Part shown: one piece after another, positions 52,628 through 64,000 of the stretch
Numbering within the stretch: the stretch's first letter is position 1
How the letters are laid out: each line of letters opens with the position of its first letter
Source of the DNA: Octopus sinensis
Lineage: Eukaryota
Length of the DNA: 64,000 nucleotides
Assembly: GCF_006345805.1 (NCBI RefSeq)
Contig: NC_042999.1
Location: 120,342,001-120,406,000, forward strand
Reading direction: 5' to 3'
Program-made: the position numbers and the translations under genes
The notes under the pieces: model-generated
The model's database searches: none
Seen by the model: only the letters and a program-made list of their open reading frames with translations
What the model was told of the DNA's origin: nothing

Positions 52628-54128
52628 CAATAAACTTCCGTCCGATTTAATATGAAAACATTGATGGAATATGAGTGAATAAACTCCGCGTAAGTATTTT
52701 AAATCATTCGCGTTATAAATGCGATAAACGAGTATAATGTATTCTCAATTTTCACCATTGTCTAATCCTTATTAATGCTATAGCATATAAAATTGATGTT
52801 GTGTGGATGCCTATACTGTAATTCTGACGATTTGTTGAAATATATTGAATACCTTTCTCGTATGATGAAATGTTACATAATTGTATTGCGTAATTACCAA
52901 TCCATTCATAGAGGCGAATAGATTCATTCACAGTACACTAATAACATTTATTTTATAGATCCCAATTTGAAGAAATTACAAATTATCTCCGTTATTATTG
53001 GATGTCAGAATTTTTATATGTTTAGGTGTTTAAAATGTTTGCTAATCCCTTTTCTTTAAAACAATTGGCCTGGCCCTTATTAGACTCAGTGTTTGATGTC
53101 TTTGTTCACAGATGAATCTGTTGTTGTATATAAAATCTCTCCTGAAGGCATCGTAACACTTATATTATCACGTCTCTAATATTTTAGAGGGCAAATTAGA
53201 AATGTTTTACTGAGTTCCCTATTTACTTAAATACGTCGACAGATACATAATATTAAATTCGATAATTAATAATTTTCATAAGTACTAAAATTTCTATGAA
53301 AACAGTTCTCGTTATATTTTATGAAAATATTGCTCACATTAATTAAGATACTTATGCATCAAATACTATTAGTTAAATAACAAAAATATTAATGTACCAC
53401 CCTTCACTCTCATTGAAGTATGTTTCAGCCAATTGGTAAATTTATGGCGCTTGTACTATGAAAATATTTTCTTTCCTGGCCCCACTTCACCTAAATATTG
53501 GGCTACATGCAACAAACGAGCTTCAGTTGTAGAAAATGATTTATCTCTCGTCTACTTCAAACAATGCAAACCAAGCACTTCAAGCTATAGAAGAGTAATG
53601 CATGATAAATGAGTAATCGATCACACTTGTGTTAATATAATTTTCAGATCTTCACCGGTGATAAAGTCTAATCTCCATTTCTTGTATACACGCTATAGAC
53701 ACATTCCACTGTATCTAACTTTTCGGTTGTACCTTATCTTCACTCAGATTTACACACTAAAATTGGTTGTATTCTCTCTGGTTGTATCTCAGTGAATCTG
53801 GCAGTAATAATTCAAAGGAATCCCTTCTTAAGTTCTTTCCTCTGTTTATCAGCTAAAGCTCTTATTTAATTCACCAATATTACAAAATACATGTTCTTCC
53901 TTTATATTATCCTTTTTATCGTCATTTACTGACCGAAGAAAATCCAGCCTATTATTAAGAACTGTGAAACTGGAAACAGTATCTTATGGTCAAAACTCGG
54001 GACTTGTGAATAATGATGCACGTAAGATAATCATATATGTAAAAATAAGAACATACCACAAAGTCATTCACATATTCACAAACACCACTTCCCAGTTTAT
54101 TAGTGTTAGTGTGCGTGCATATACATGT

Positions 54129-54169
<41 letters not shown>

Positions 54170-54215
54170 CATACACAGACACACTACACCCATATATAAA
54201 GGAACGGCGTATTTA

Positions 54216-54958
54216 TAGCGTAAGCACATGCTAAACCCACTCATAACTTTTTTAAAATTTTTACGGTTTTACAAAATATTCTCGATTCTGTCTGCTGCAT
54301 AATGGAATTAATAGGATTATGAAAAAAAAAAAAATAATAATACCCCCCATACCCCCACAAATTTCAAAACATTCCACTGGTTTTATATATATATTGTTTA
54401 ATTTGTAGTTTTAAAATACCGACAGTCCTAAACTACCATTCGTTTCTCATTATAATTTCCAAATAATATTTTAAATACTTCAAAATCAAAATTGCGTACA
54501 TATGTGTGCCGATGGTTTTCTGCGTGCTAGTTAAAAATTAAAACAGTAGTTAAAAATTAAAGACATAGATTTGGGGGATCTCTTATTATGATTGACTTTT
54601 ATTCTATTATTCTAATATCTTCAGAAACTTATACATATACATGTATAAATGCATGCAGAAACATATATAAATATATACACACACTCATACATTTTTACAG
54701 AATTTTATATACATTCTCGTATATATATATAAATATTTCGACATATCTACACAATTGTGTCCCAAAGATTTGCTTCTTCATAACCTTGAGAAAATTAATA
54801 GTTCTTTATGAAATTTTCTAAAAATATGTTTCAGATCGTGTAGATTCCGATTAAATTGGGATTCATTGTCCCTAAAGGAGATTTAGAAAATTCATGCCAT
54901 TAGGCTTTGTTGTATATATATCCGTGTGTGTATATATCTATATCTATCTATCTAGCTT

Positions 54959-55023
<65 letters not shown>

Positions 55024-55634
55024 GTGAGTGTATATGTATTGTTTTAATTATATCTTTATACACACACATACACACATAAAAAACTGGCACACCGTCAGTT
55101 ACGACGATTACAAGTATCCAAAGTGGAAAGTTCCGGAATTGGGGGGATTAAAATTTTTCTTATTTGCATAATCGTATTAATTTATATAAAACTGTAAAAA
55201 TGTATGAGTGTGTGTATATATTTATCTATTTCTGTATGCATTTATACATGTAAATGTATAAGTTTCAGAAGCTATTAGAATAATGGAATAAAAGTCAGTT
55301 ATAGTAAGGGACCTCTCAAAAATCTGTTTCTTTAATTTTTAACTGCTGTTCTTAGCACACATGAAAATATCGGCATACGTATTTACGCAATTTTAATTTT
55401 GAAGTATTTAAAAAATAATTTGGAAATTATAAAGAGAAACGGATGGCAGATTTGGAGTGTCCGTATTTAAAAACCACGAATTAAAAAGAAATAGAAATAC
55501 AGTGGGAAGTTTTGGAATTGGTGGTGGGGTTTAAATTTTTTTCATTATCGTATTAATTTCCAAAATTGAAAAAATATTGTAAAAGTCCGTAAAAATAAAA
55601 ACGTTATGAAAGGTTTTAGTACGTGCTTACATCA
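54216..55634. mobile_element. Foldback/MITE-like element with ~450-500-bp inverted arms, TA-flanked
   Basis: Left arm ~54216-54712 is the inverse of right arm ~55182-55634 (GTAAGCAC.T.CTAAA...; TGACTTTTATTC.ATTATTCTAATA.CTTC.GAAACTTATACAT.TACATGTATAAATGCAT). TA at 54214-15 and 55635-36. Confidence 0.8.
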
Positions 55635-57925
55635 TAATCCCGCCAAAGGAACTAATAGAAAGAGAAGGTGAGAAAGTTAGAAAAACATAGTTTGTTATTT
55701 GAAGTCAATGCAGATAGAGCCAACTCTATCAACATACATTTTGTGAAGGTTCGGGGTATTTAATCCTCGTAGTATCTAACACTACAACTTGGGTGTTGTG
55801 TTTTTCTTATAGAGTCAGGTGATTTATAAGCTTTTTGTCAGGCCTGCATTCTGAGAGAAGCTTCTTTATTACTTCTCACCGTTTCCTTAAACTCTAAGTC
55901 TACTCATCGACGCTTCCTATTTTCATCTAATTAGATTATTTAAAAATTCTTCCTCAACCACCTGCGTCCTTCTTGAAAAGTTCGTTGCAGAAAGAAGCTG
56001 AGGCAATAAGTATTGTTAGAGAAAATACGTGTTACTTATTTTGATATTGAGCCCAACAATAGGCATGAGTAAAAAAAATTAATAACCGCCATGAAGATTA
56101 ATAAAGCATATGGTTATTTATCTCCGTAGAATAAACTAATATATTAAGGTTTGATAAACTGGAATGTATTTCATATGTAACGGATATTCTGCCCTGGAAC
56201 GAATTGGTATTGGATATCTATTTAATTAGAACATATTTTATGTAACAGTAAAACAAATAAACAAACTGTAATGTTGTTCAGCACCAAGTCAATCCTTATC
56301 GAAGCACATACGATAAAAGAGTTTTCACTCATAGCCACCGAGACTGTTATATGAGTATGTCCGACCGTAATTCTTTTCTGCCTTAGTTATCGAAATTAGC
56401 TGTACTTTTTGGCTTATAGGAAGCTTTGTTTGCAGAGGACTTTTGTGAGTGCTGAAGAGTAATGAAACAAGACGAAGTTAGTTGTTTATATCTTCACCAT
56501 ATATATGTTTATGTGTTTATGCGTTATGATCAATTTACGATAGTAAATACAATTTCTGATTCATTTTATGATTTACAGGCTTACCAGTTGAGCTTAAATA
56601 GAACAGATAACATTGTATCATTGAAAACTGACTATTTCATAACATAGTCTATATTCTCTTAGAACGCTGCCCTAGAGAATAGGATGTACACAAAATTATA
56701 GCAGCATCGAAAAATGAATGGAGCATAGACCTACTATAAAATTATGCAGAGAGTTTATTTTTAGTTGTATACAATTGGAATTTTAAGAAAACATACCTAG
56801 TATTAAAAACTCCTAGAATGATGATTCCATTATTTTAAATTAAACATGTTATACACAAATATTGCATGCCCATTTTTTATCCTCATTGAATTTTAGTCCG
56901 CACATCAGTGAGTAATGAATGTTCAAATAAATTGTAGGCGCCGTTGAAATAAACAATATTATTCAAAGTACCAAAATAGTGATGATTTCTGCTTAGTAGC
57001 TGATGAAGAAATCAGGCATGCACACTTCCATTTGTGCTTTATATTTTGTCATTAGTGTAAATTTGCTTGATGCCACTCTCTGTGCTACATATTTCAGTAT
57101 ATAGAATGTATGTTTTGTGTAATTAGGTGCCATTTCTCTAATGTACATAATGGAAAGATGCCAAAATCATCTATGTACAATGGTGCGCAGTCTATCATTC
57201 GTCATCTTTATTTTCGTTTATATTTTGTGTTAACTCCAGGTACTTTTAGACAGAGACAATACATTTGTATTCGATGGGTTCCAGAATGAGTGTATGCAAT
57301 GTATATCTGTATTTTACTCTTCCATCTGTGGCGACAATGTAGTGTGCTTCGATTTGTCCACATAGTAATATTCTTTGTTATAGTGTACGTTTATCTGCAA
57401 ACAGTTTATATACAAATGCTATGTCCTTATTCTGGTGCACTTACATGAAAGAGTTTAAAGATTATGCTGTTATATTCTTTGGTATGATGTTGTTTAGAGC
57501 TTCTATGGACTGTTTCGTGTTTTTGTGCAAAAACGTTTGCGTTTTTTCTATCGAATATTATAAGATATTTATGTTATGACCGTTTTACGTAGTGGTTGAG
57601 TTGTGCTATTGTTTGGGGAAGGTACAAAGATTATTCAGTGGGAAGCATCAAGCAAGTGAAAAATTATCCATGTATTAACACCCATCATCTGTTTCCCTTC
57701 ACCCTGAGCTAGGCCTTGTAAAAGTTAAATTTATTAACGCCATTGTGACTACAGAAAATGTGTGTCCGAGCTACATCTGCAGTCTTCGACTATTTCAATC
57801 TAGAGTGATTTCTCAGTCCAAATTATACGCGCTATTATTTATAAGCTTTATATGTGCTTCGAGATCCACTTACAAAACAAAATTATTTCAAGATTTTGCG
57901 AAGTTTATAATACTTATGGCGTCAA

Positions 57926-57936
57926 TTATATATATA

Positions 57937-57998
<62 letters not shown>
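57926..57998. repeat. (TA)n microsatellite
   Basis: Directly visible. Confidence 0.97.
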
Positions 57999-58000
<2 letters not shown>

Positions 58001-59174
58001 ATATCAGTATATACTTTCTTCAAGATACGGTGAAAATTGAGAATACAAGTGCTTGTGGAACGTTAGGATTTTTTCCTGCATTTGCCAACGACAAGATGAT
58101 ATAAGAAAAGAAAATAATTTTCTTTTTTTAAATTCACTTCTTCTTGTTTGATCATACTTTTAATTTTTAAACTTCTAAACATTTTAAATATTCTGAGTGA
58201 ATTGAATAACATATCGGAGAAGAAATGTGAGAATTACTTCAGATTTTCAATAAGTCCTTCATTTAAAGCAAAATAATTAAATAAATGTATTATATAGCTT
58301 ATAAATTATATTTTATTATATATTTTATGTAAATTGAAGCTTAATATATAATTATGTGCATTTATTATACAAGTTATGTATATTTATTTAGGGATTTATA
58401 CGTAACACGCTTGATGATAATCTTTAATACTTATGAAATATCCATTGATATCTTAGGTACATTTGTTGACATTTCAGACATAAAAATATTTCCAATAATA
58501 ATCGAAATCGAAATCATAATATATTTGTTAATAATTTTAAATTTGTTGTTGCTGAATGTTGAATTAATGCTTAGAAAAATATAATGTTGATATATATATA
58601 TATGTGTGTGTGTGTATGTGTGTGTGTGTGTGTGTGCGTGTGTGTGTGTATGTGTTTTGCGTTCTTGTTACATTGTTGTTGGTTGGATCGTTGAGTGATT
58701 TCTACAGTCAAGGTTTACATCGCTTTGAGAGAACGAGGAGTTACAGAGATACAAAGCTAAACATACGAGGTGCAGTTTGAGGAAATAAGTAAGAGAACGC
58801 AATACACTGAGAATAAGAGAGAACGAAATAAAGAGAATATGTAGGAGAAGGGGGAGCAGAAAAAGAGGTATCTAACCAAGTTGTTGGGTGCAGCTGAAAA
58901 AAAGCGCTTTTCAATTAAGCTGTATTTCGGCAAACATATTTGCATTAATCACAAGGCATTCGGTAACTTAACATATTTTAACAAATTGTCCAAAATGAAT
59001 ATATCGCTACAATAATATTAATATGCTTTGCCACCATGAGTAATAGCTACAAATAAGGTGCAAAAAGAATACTTCTGATGAAACTTCAATCAAATTACCC
59101 ATGGAAGTACACTACACTTTCAAACCATCAATGAGGAGCAACATTGTGGCATGCATGCTTGTGTACACATATAC

Positions 59175-59242
<68 letters not shown>

Positions 59243-59629
59243 GAAAATACTTTGTACGCGTATAGCGCTCTTGAGTAGTACTGGTAACATGTAACTCAGT
59301 ACAACGTGTTGCATACTCAGGTCGTCGGTGACTAAACTGTCAACCCCACTAAGCTCACTTGGTGAGGAGTGCATTGTTGGATACACTGCAGGACGAAAAC
59401 TAAAACCTGTCACAGGGCAGCAGAACTCATGTATAGTCAACGGCCATCCAGCATTACGTGTACATCACGTGTATGTGTTGTGTCTGTGTATTTATTATAT
59501 CTATATATGTGGTTGTGTGTTTTATGTGTGAATATATATATATATATATATATATATCTATTTATTTATATATTTATATATATATATATATATTATATAA
59601 TATATAGATATCATATCTTTTTCATATAT

Positions 59630-59860
59630 CAGTGATATTCAGCCGAAACGTTGTATTAACAACAATCAAGTTGAGGAGAAATATCCCTCAAATGTAAATA
59701 ATGATAATAATAACATCGAAAAAAACCTTAGGGATGAGAACCCAGGTTCGAAATTCCCCCAAGACACCTGACGAAGCCTAGAGGATATATCAGCCGAAAC
59801 GTTGTGTTAACAACAAACAAGATAAGGACAAATATCTGTCAAATGTAAGTAATGTACAAA
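59630..59860 (+). mobile_element. Penelope-type terminal repeat, partial tandem (1.5 copies)
   Basis: CAGCCGAAACGTTGT.TTAACAACAA.CAAG.T.AGGA.AAATATC..TCAAATGTAA occurs at ~59640 and ~59791 (151-bp period). Confidence 0.75.
59763..59808 (+). ncRNA. Minimal type-I hammerhead ribozyme motif (stem II imperfect)
   Basis: GACAC-CUGACGA-A-[stem II]-GAAAC-GUU-GUGUU. Stem I GACAC/GUGUU has 5 bp, and stem III is the palindrome AACGUU. Confidence 0.6.
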
Positions 59861-59889
59861 ACATGTCATAACATTTATAGATACATCTA

Positions 59890-59975
59890 TGCACATATAT
59901 ATGTATGTATGTAGGTATGTATGTATGTATGTATGTATGTGTGTATGTATGTATGTAGGTATGTATGTGTATATA

Positions 59976-60020
<45 letters not shown>

Positions 60021-60030
60021 TATATATATA
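59890..60030. repeat. (TATG)n/(TA)n microsatellite
   Basis: Directly visible. Confidence 0.95.
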
Positions 60031-60560
60031 CAGAGGTCAATAACCAGAAAAACAGACGGTATGGGAGGCATTGATTATTAGGATGGATCGACTAAAAAAA
60101 CTCAATCTCTAATCTCTCCGACGCTTCAGGGAGCGCTACATCATTTGTGTTATGTGGAAAATATTCCATCAATATTGCACAAATGATGTTGGCATCAATT
60201 TTAAAATCCATCCAAGACTTGGCCCCCGTGCTATCCGCCTGCTACAAAAATTTAACTCGGTATACATGGGAACATTACGTCACAATTACTTCACCTCAAC
60301 CAGTCCAGCTCCCTTTAATACCATGCCAAAATACGTCAACACGGAAACGGTTCCCATAAAATTCAAATGTTCACTGGACAAATTTCTTCAAAAATCCCGG
60401 ACCAACCTCCTACACCCGGATATGTCTCCAACAATAATAACTCTGTGCTAGAGAGGGCTATGTTGTCCCATATACGACTAAAAGATTTCACCAGGCGGTG
60501 CTATTGAGCTAGACATGGCCTGGATCTATACTGGCCCAAACCTATCAAAATCATCAAAGT
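60031..60560 (+). mobile_element. CR1/L2-group LINE 3' end, same family as 5341-6580, more decayed
   Basis: WKIFHQYCTNDVGINFKIHPRLGPRAIR..RHNYFTS aligns with WKIFHQHCPNEVGITFKVHPRLGPRAIR. It shares the TTCACCAGG.GGTGCTATT UTR and a TATCAAA tail. Confidence 0.92.
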
Positions 60561-60598
60561 TACATATGTGTGTGTAAGTGTGTATACATGTATGCTTA

Positions 60599-60599
<1 letters not shown>

Positions 60600-60680
<81 letters not shown>
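60600..60680. repeat. (TA)n microsatellite
   Basis: Directly visible. Confidence 0.97.
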
Positions 60681-60682
<2 letters not shown>

Positions 60683-62488
60683 GAATATCCGAAAAGGATT
60701 CTTGAGCTGTTATCTTACTAGACTTGTCCCGGAACACAATCTCACTCGACTAAATGTGTAGGCTGTACAATCGTTGGCTGTATTCATGTGCATTTCTTCA
60801 TATATTAAATCGATCAATAAGTGATTTTGCACGCGCACACACACACACACACACATATGTCTGTATATATTATTATGTACATGTTTAAACATTGGTAAAA
60901 TAACTTTATGAATTGGCAATTGATTAATTGGGCTTGTCAATGTTTGTGTTAGGAAACAGTTTTATCCAATCTTGTTATTTTAGATACACTGTGTTGTCCC
61001 CACATACATTTTCGAATTAAGCTTCTTTGTATTGACTTGCAGCCGGATTCATTTCTGTATTTGTGCCATATATACTGACCCTTCTAAAAGAATCTACATA
61101 TTCAGTTACCTATGTGTGAGTTTGCGTGTGTGGGTGTATATATATGTATATAAATATATGTATACATATGTGTGTACGTGTGTGTGTGTGTATGTATGTG
61201 TGCAATACATATAAGTATGATAAGTAACTGTATGTAAAATAAATATAAATATATTCGAAGTAGTTCTGTTGTTTATATCGAAGAAGCTATAAATATACAT
61301 TGATTTTCTTTAATCCTGAATACATGACAAACAGGGTGAAAAATAGTAAATTCTGAAAAATAAACAAACTTCATTTTATCAATTTTCCTATTAATTTTGA
61401 AGGTAACTCATACACTGCTAGGTACCACAAAGGAATATTGGTAAACACGTCTCGGTCACAATTCTATATTCAGATATTCAGATGTCAGAATGCAATGTTT
61501 AAGGAACACCAAGTCATCTTTTGTACATGAGTTACTTAATATATATATGTATATATATATATAGAGAGAGAGAGATGGAGAGAAAGAGAGAGAGATAGAC
61601 AGATAGATATAGATATTCATAAATATACATATATGTATATATGTATGTATGTATGTATGTATATATGTATGTATGTGTATGTTCGTCCCTTCGTATATTT
61701 CACGTTAATATATATGTAAAGGTTTATTTTATATATATATATATATTGATATTGATATTGATATATAAATGTAAGATCCAGGACTGAGCTGTAGGAAGCA
61801 ATTGTGTTTCAAACAATTCGTAGAAGATATCAAAAAAGCAACTTTCAAGAACAATAGTGGTTTATTGGTGCGGAAGTTTATGAACTTTTTACCGTATCGA
61901 AGTACGATAAACCTGAAAATAATTATTTAAATTTCACGGTTGACAGCCAAGATTGCCAGGTATATGAATAAAGATCCAAAAGTTGAGAAATGGAGTAGAT
62001 AAAATCCGGTCCACATAGTACATCGGAAATAGTAAGTATCCAACCGAAGGGTATACTGTAGGCCAATCTCCAGGCCAAGGGTATCTTGATTATATTAAGT
62101 TTACTTTGTCATTAGCAGGCTTGTGTTAACACACGGAGAATTCGATCAGAATGCGTAGAAAGCACAGTTTGAGTGAAGTATATAATTGTGAAGAGAATTT
62201 ATGAATATGAGAGAAGGAAACAAAAGAATATATAAGGGAATGGGAGAGTTTATAAATAAAGAATTTAAGCGAGCTCGTTTCACATATGGTTTTCAATAGC
62301 GTCATTTAGGCTGGGTCAGAGAGAAAGGGAGAGAGAGGAATAGGGAGTGATATTTGAATAGGATATTGTGAGGAAAAGGGGATTTATATGATTATATATT
62401 TTTATATATCCATATCTATACATATATATGTGTATGTGTGTACTTATATGTATGTGTGTGTGTGGGTGGGTGTGTACTTATAATACGA

Positions 62489-62521
<33 letters not shown>

Positions 62522-62524
<3 letters not shown>

Positions 62525-62860
62525 TTTACTTGTTTCAGTCGTTCGACTAGTCATGCTATGGCACCACCTTGAAGATTTTTTTCTTACGAATCGGCCCCGG
62601 TATATTTTTTTTATTCTGGTACTCGTTCTATCAGTCTTGTTGCCCGAACCTCTATGTTAGGAGGGCGTAAACAAACCAACAACGGTTTTCAAGAGGTGAG
62701 GGACAAACACAGGCACAAAGACACACACACACATACACACGTGAAGGTTTTTTGTTAGCACAAGGTTGTAGTAGAAAGTGCTATACAATGTGTCACGCAG
62801 TAGGACTAAAAACGGAACCATACGTTTCGGAAGTTTCTTACCACACTACCATGGCTGCGC
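62522..62860 (-). mobile_element. tRNA-derived SINE, degenerate homologue of 2455-2840
   Basis: Shared ends and an internal (CA)n linker. Confidence 0.8.
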
Positions 62861-63424
62861 CTATAGTATATAATTGTCAACGCACGTCTGTTTATACAAC
62901 TGACGGAATTGCATGTAAAATTCCTCATTATATCGGACCAGTTCCTTCTTTGTAGAGATTCCTCTAACTGTACGGAAAAGAAAATGTGGGGATATCAATA
63001 TATACTGGGGCAGGGCGTGTGTACCACTTGTTTGGATTGCGTATTTTAATACCGGGAACCTTATATTAAATAGAATAATTGAATTGATATAGTATTTAGT
63101 TGGTGTCAGACAGAAGCCCATATATTTGTATAGGGTCTTTTACCGACATGACAATTTAGGAAAACATTTATATTATTGTGCTCTAATTGACAGTATGAAT
63201 GAATAGTTAAATCGTATGGAAAGCAACACGTGCTAACGCAGTAAAAGTGAACCAAATAAAAAAGCTAAAACATCAAAGTAATTATAAACCATTTCATTGC
63301 AAATATTAGGCTTTGTGATATTCTACTTAAATATACTGAGAGGGCTTTCAATTAACGTTAACGGTGTATATAAATAACTATACGCAAAAATGAATACTGA
63401 TATAGCTATAACTACCAATGTATC

Positions 63425-63570
<146 letters not shown>

Positions 63571-63599
63571 AGGCTGGGTCAGAGAGAAAGAAACCTCAG

Positions 63600-64000
63600 G
63601 TAATTAAGATAATCAATCTCTCAAACAAAGAACTTACACCTAACGAAATAAGCATACTCTCCAAAGGACTTAAATTTACACCCCACCCCACAACGTTCTA
63701 ATTACTATGAAATGAAAGATGACTTTCGGAATTTTGCAGAAAACTAAGACTCACCGAGGCATTCAAGACAAACAAATAGAGGAGGACTCAATAGCTAGAA
63801 ACAAGAGCAATTACACCCCCACCAAGGTAAGAATAAAGCCTTAGACCGCTATTGTGACTACATAACTAATTTCCCGTTTCAATTCATCAAGAAACAAAAA
63901 CACAGCCTAACTTCAACAAAAGAGAATGGAACGACCTCATCAAACTAAGAGAAGACAAAACAATAACAATTAAGGAGGCAGATAAGGGCAACGCGATGAT
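63600..64000 (+). mobile_element. Penelope-like RT N-terminal region, running off the window end
   Basis: IINLSNKELTPNEISILSKGLKFTP ... FCRKLRL ... TITIKEADKGNA matches PLE NLS..LS..E..VLSKGL.F.P and ADKG motifs. Frameshifts are present. Confidence 0.88.

Noticed and set aside
46600-54200. Isolated splice-acceptor-like sites (for example ~47240, ~52960, ~53110) and short ORFs
   Set aside because: Such sites are expected by chance in AT-rich DNA, and no consistent multi-exon frame or recognisable protein emerges.

Overview
AT-rich eukaryotic genomic DNA, very probably an octopus (coleoid cephalopod). That assignment rests on my recall of the SINE families and on the dense (TA)n/(AAT)n microsatellites, not on a search. 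I cannot support any intact host gene. The window is mostly transposable-element remains. DNA transposons: three mariner relics, mariner MITEs, a full-length Tc1 (DD34E), and hAT and Harbinger fossils. Non-LTR elements: CR1/L2-like, RTE and five Dong/R4 LINE pieces, Penelope-like pieces, and at least seven tRNA-derived SINEs. LTR elements: one bounded Gypsy (40156-46577, TSD AAACC) and a Gypsy fossil. The most interesting observations are: (1) a 1.84-kb ORF1-only L1/Tx1-like (HAL1-like) unit inside the Gypsy 5' LTR, (2) a duplicated tRNA-Ser primer-binding site in that Gypsy, (3) a minimal hammerhead ribozyme motif in a tandem Penelope terminal repeat, (4) Dong/R4 copies tied to (TAA)n tracts, (5) a ~1.4-kb foldback element and (6) an internally inverted mariner. 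Most ORFs in the supplied track are microsatellite read-throughs or TE fragments, and many use GTG/TTG starts that are not meaningful here. All coordinates and alignments were read by eye.
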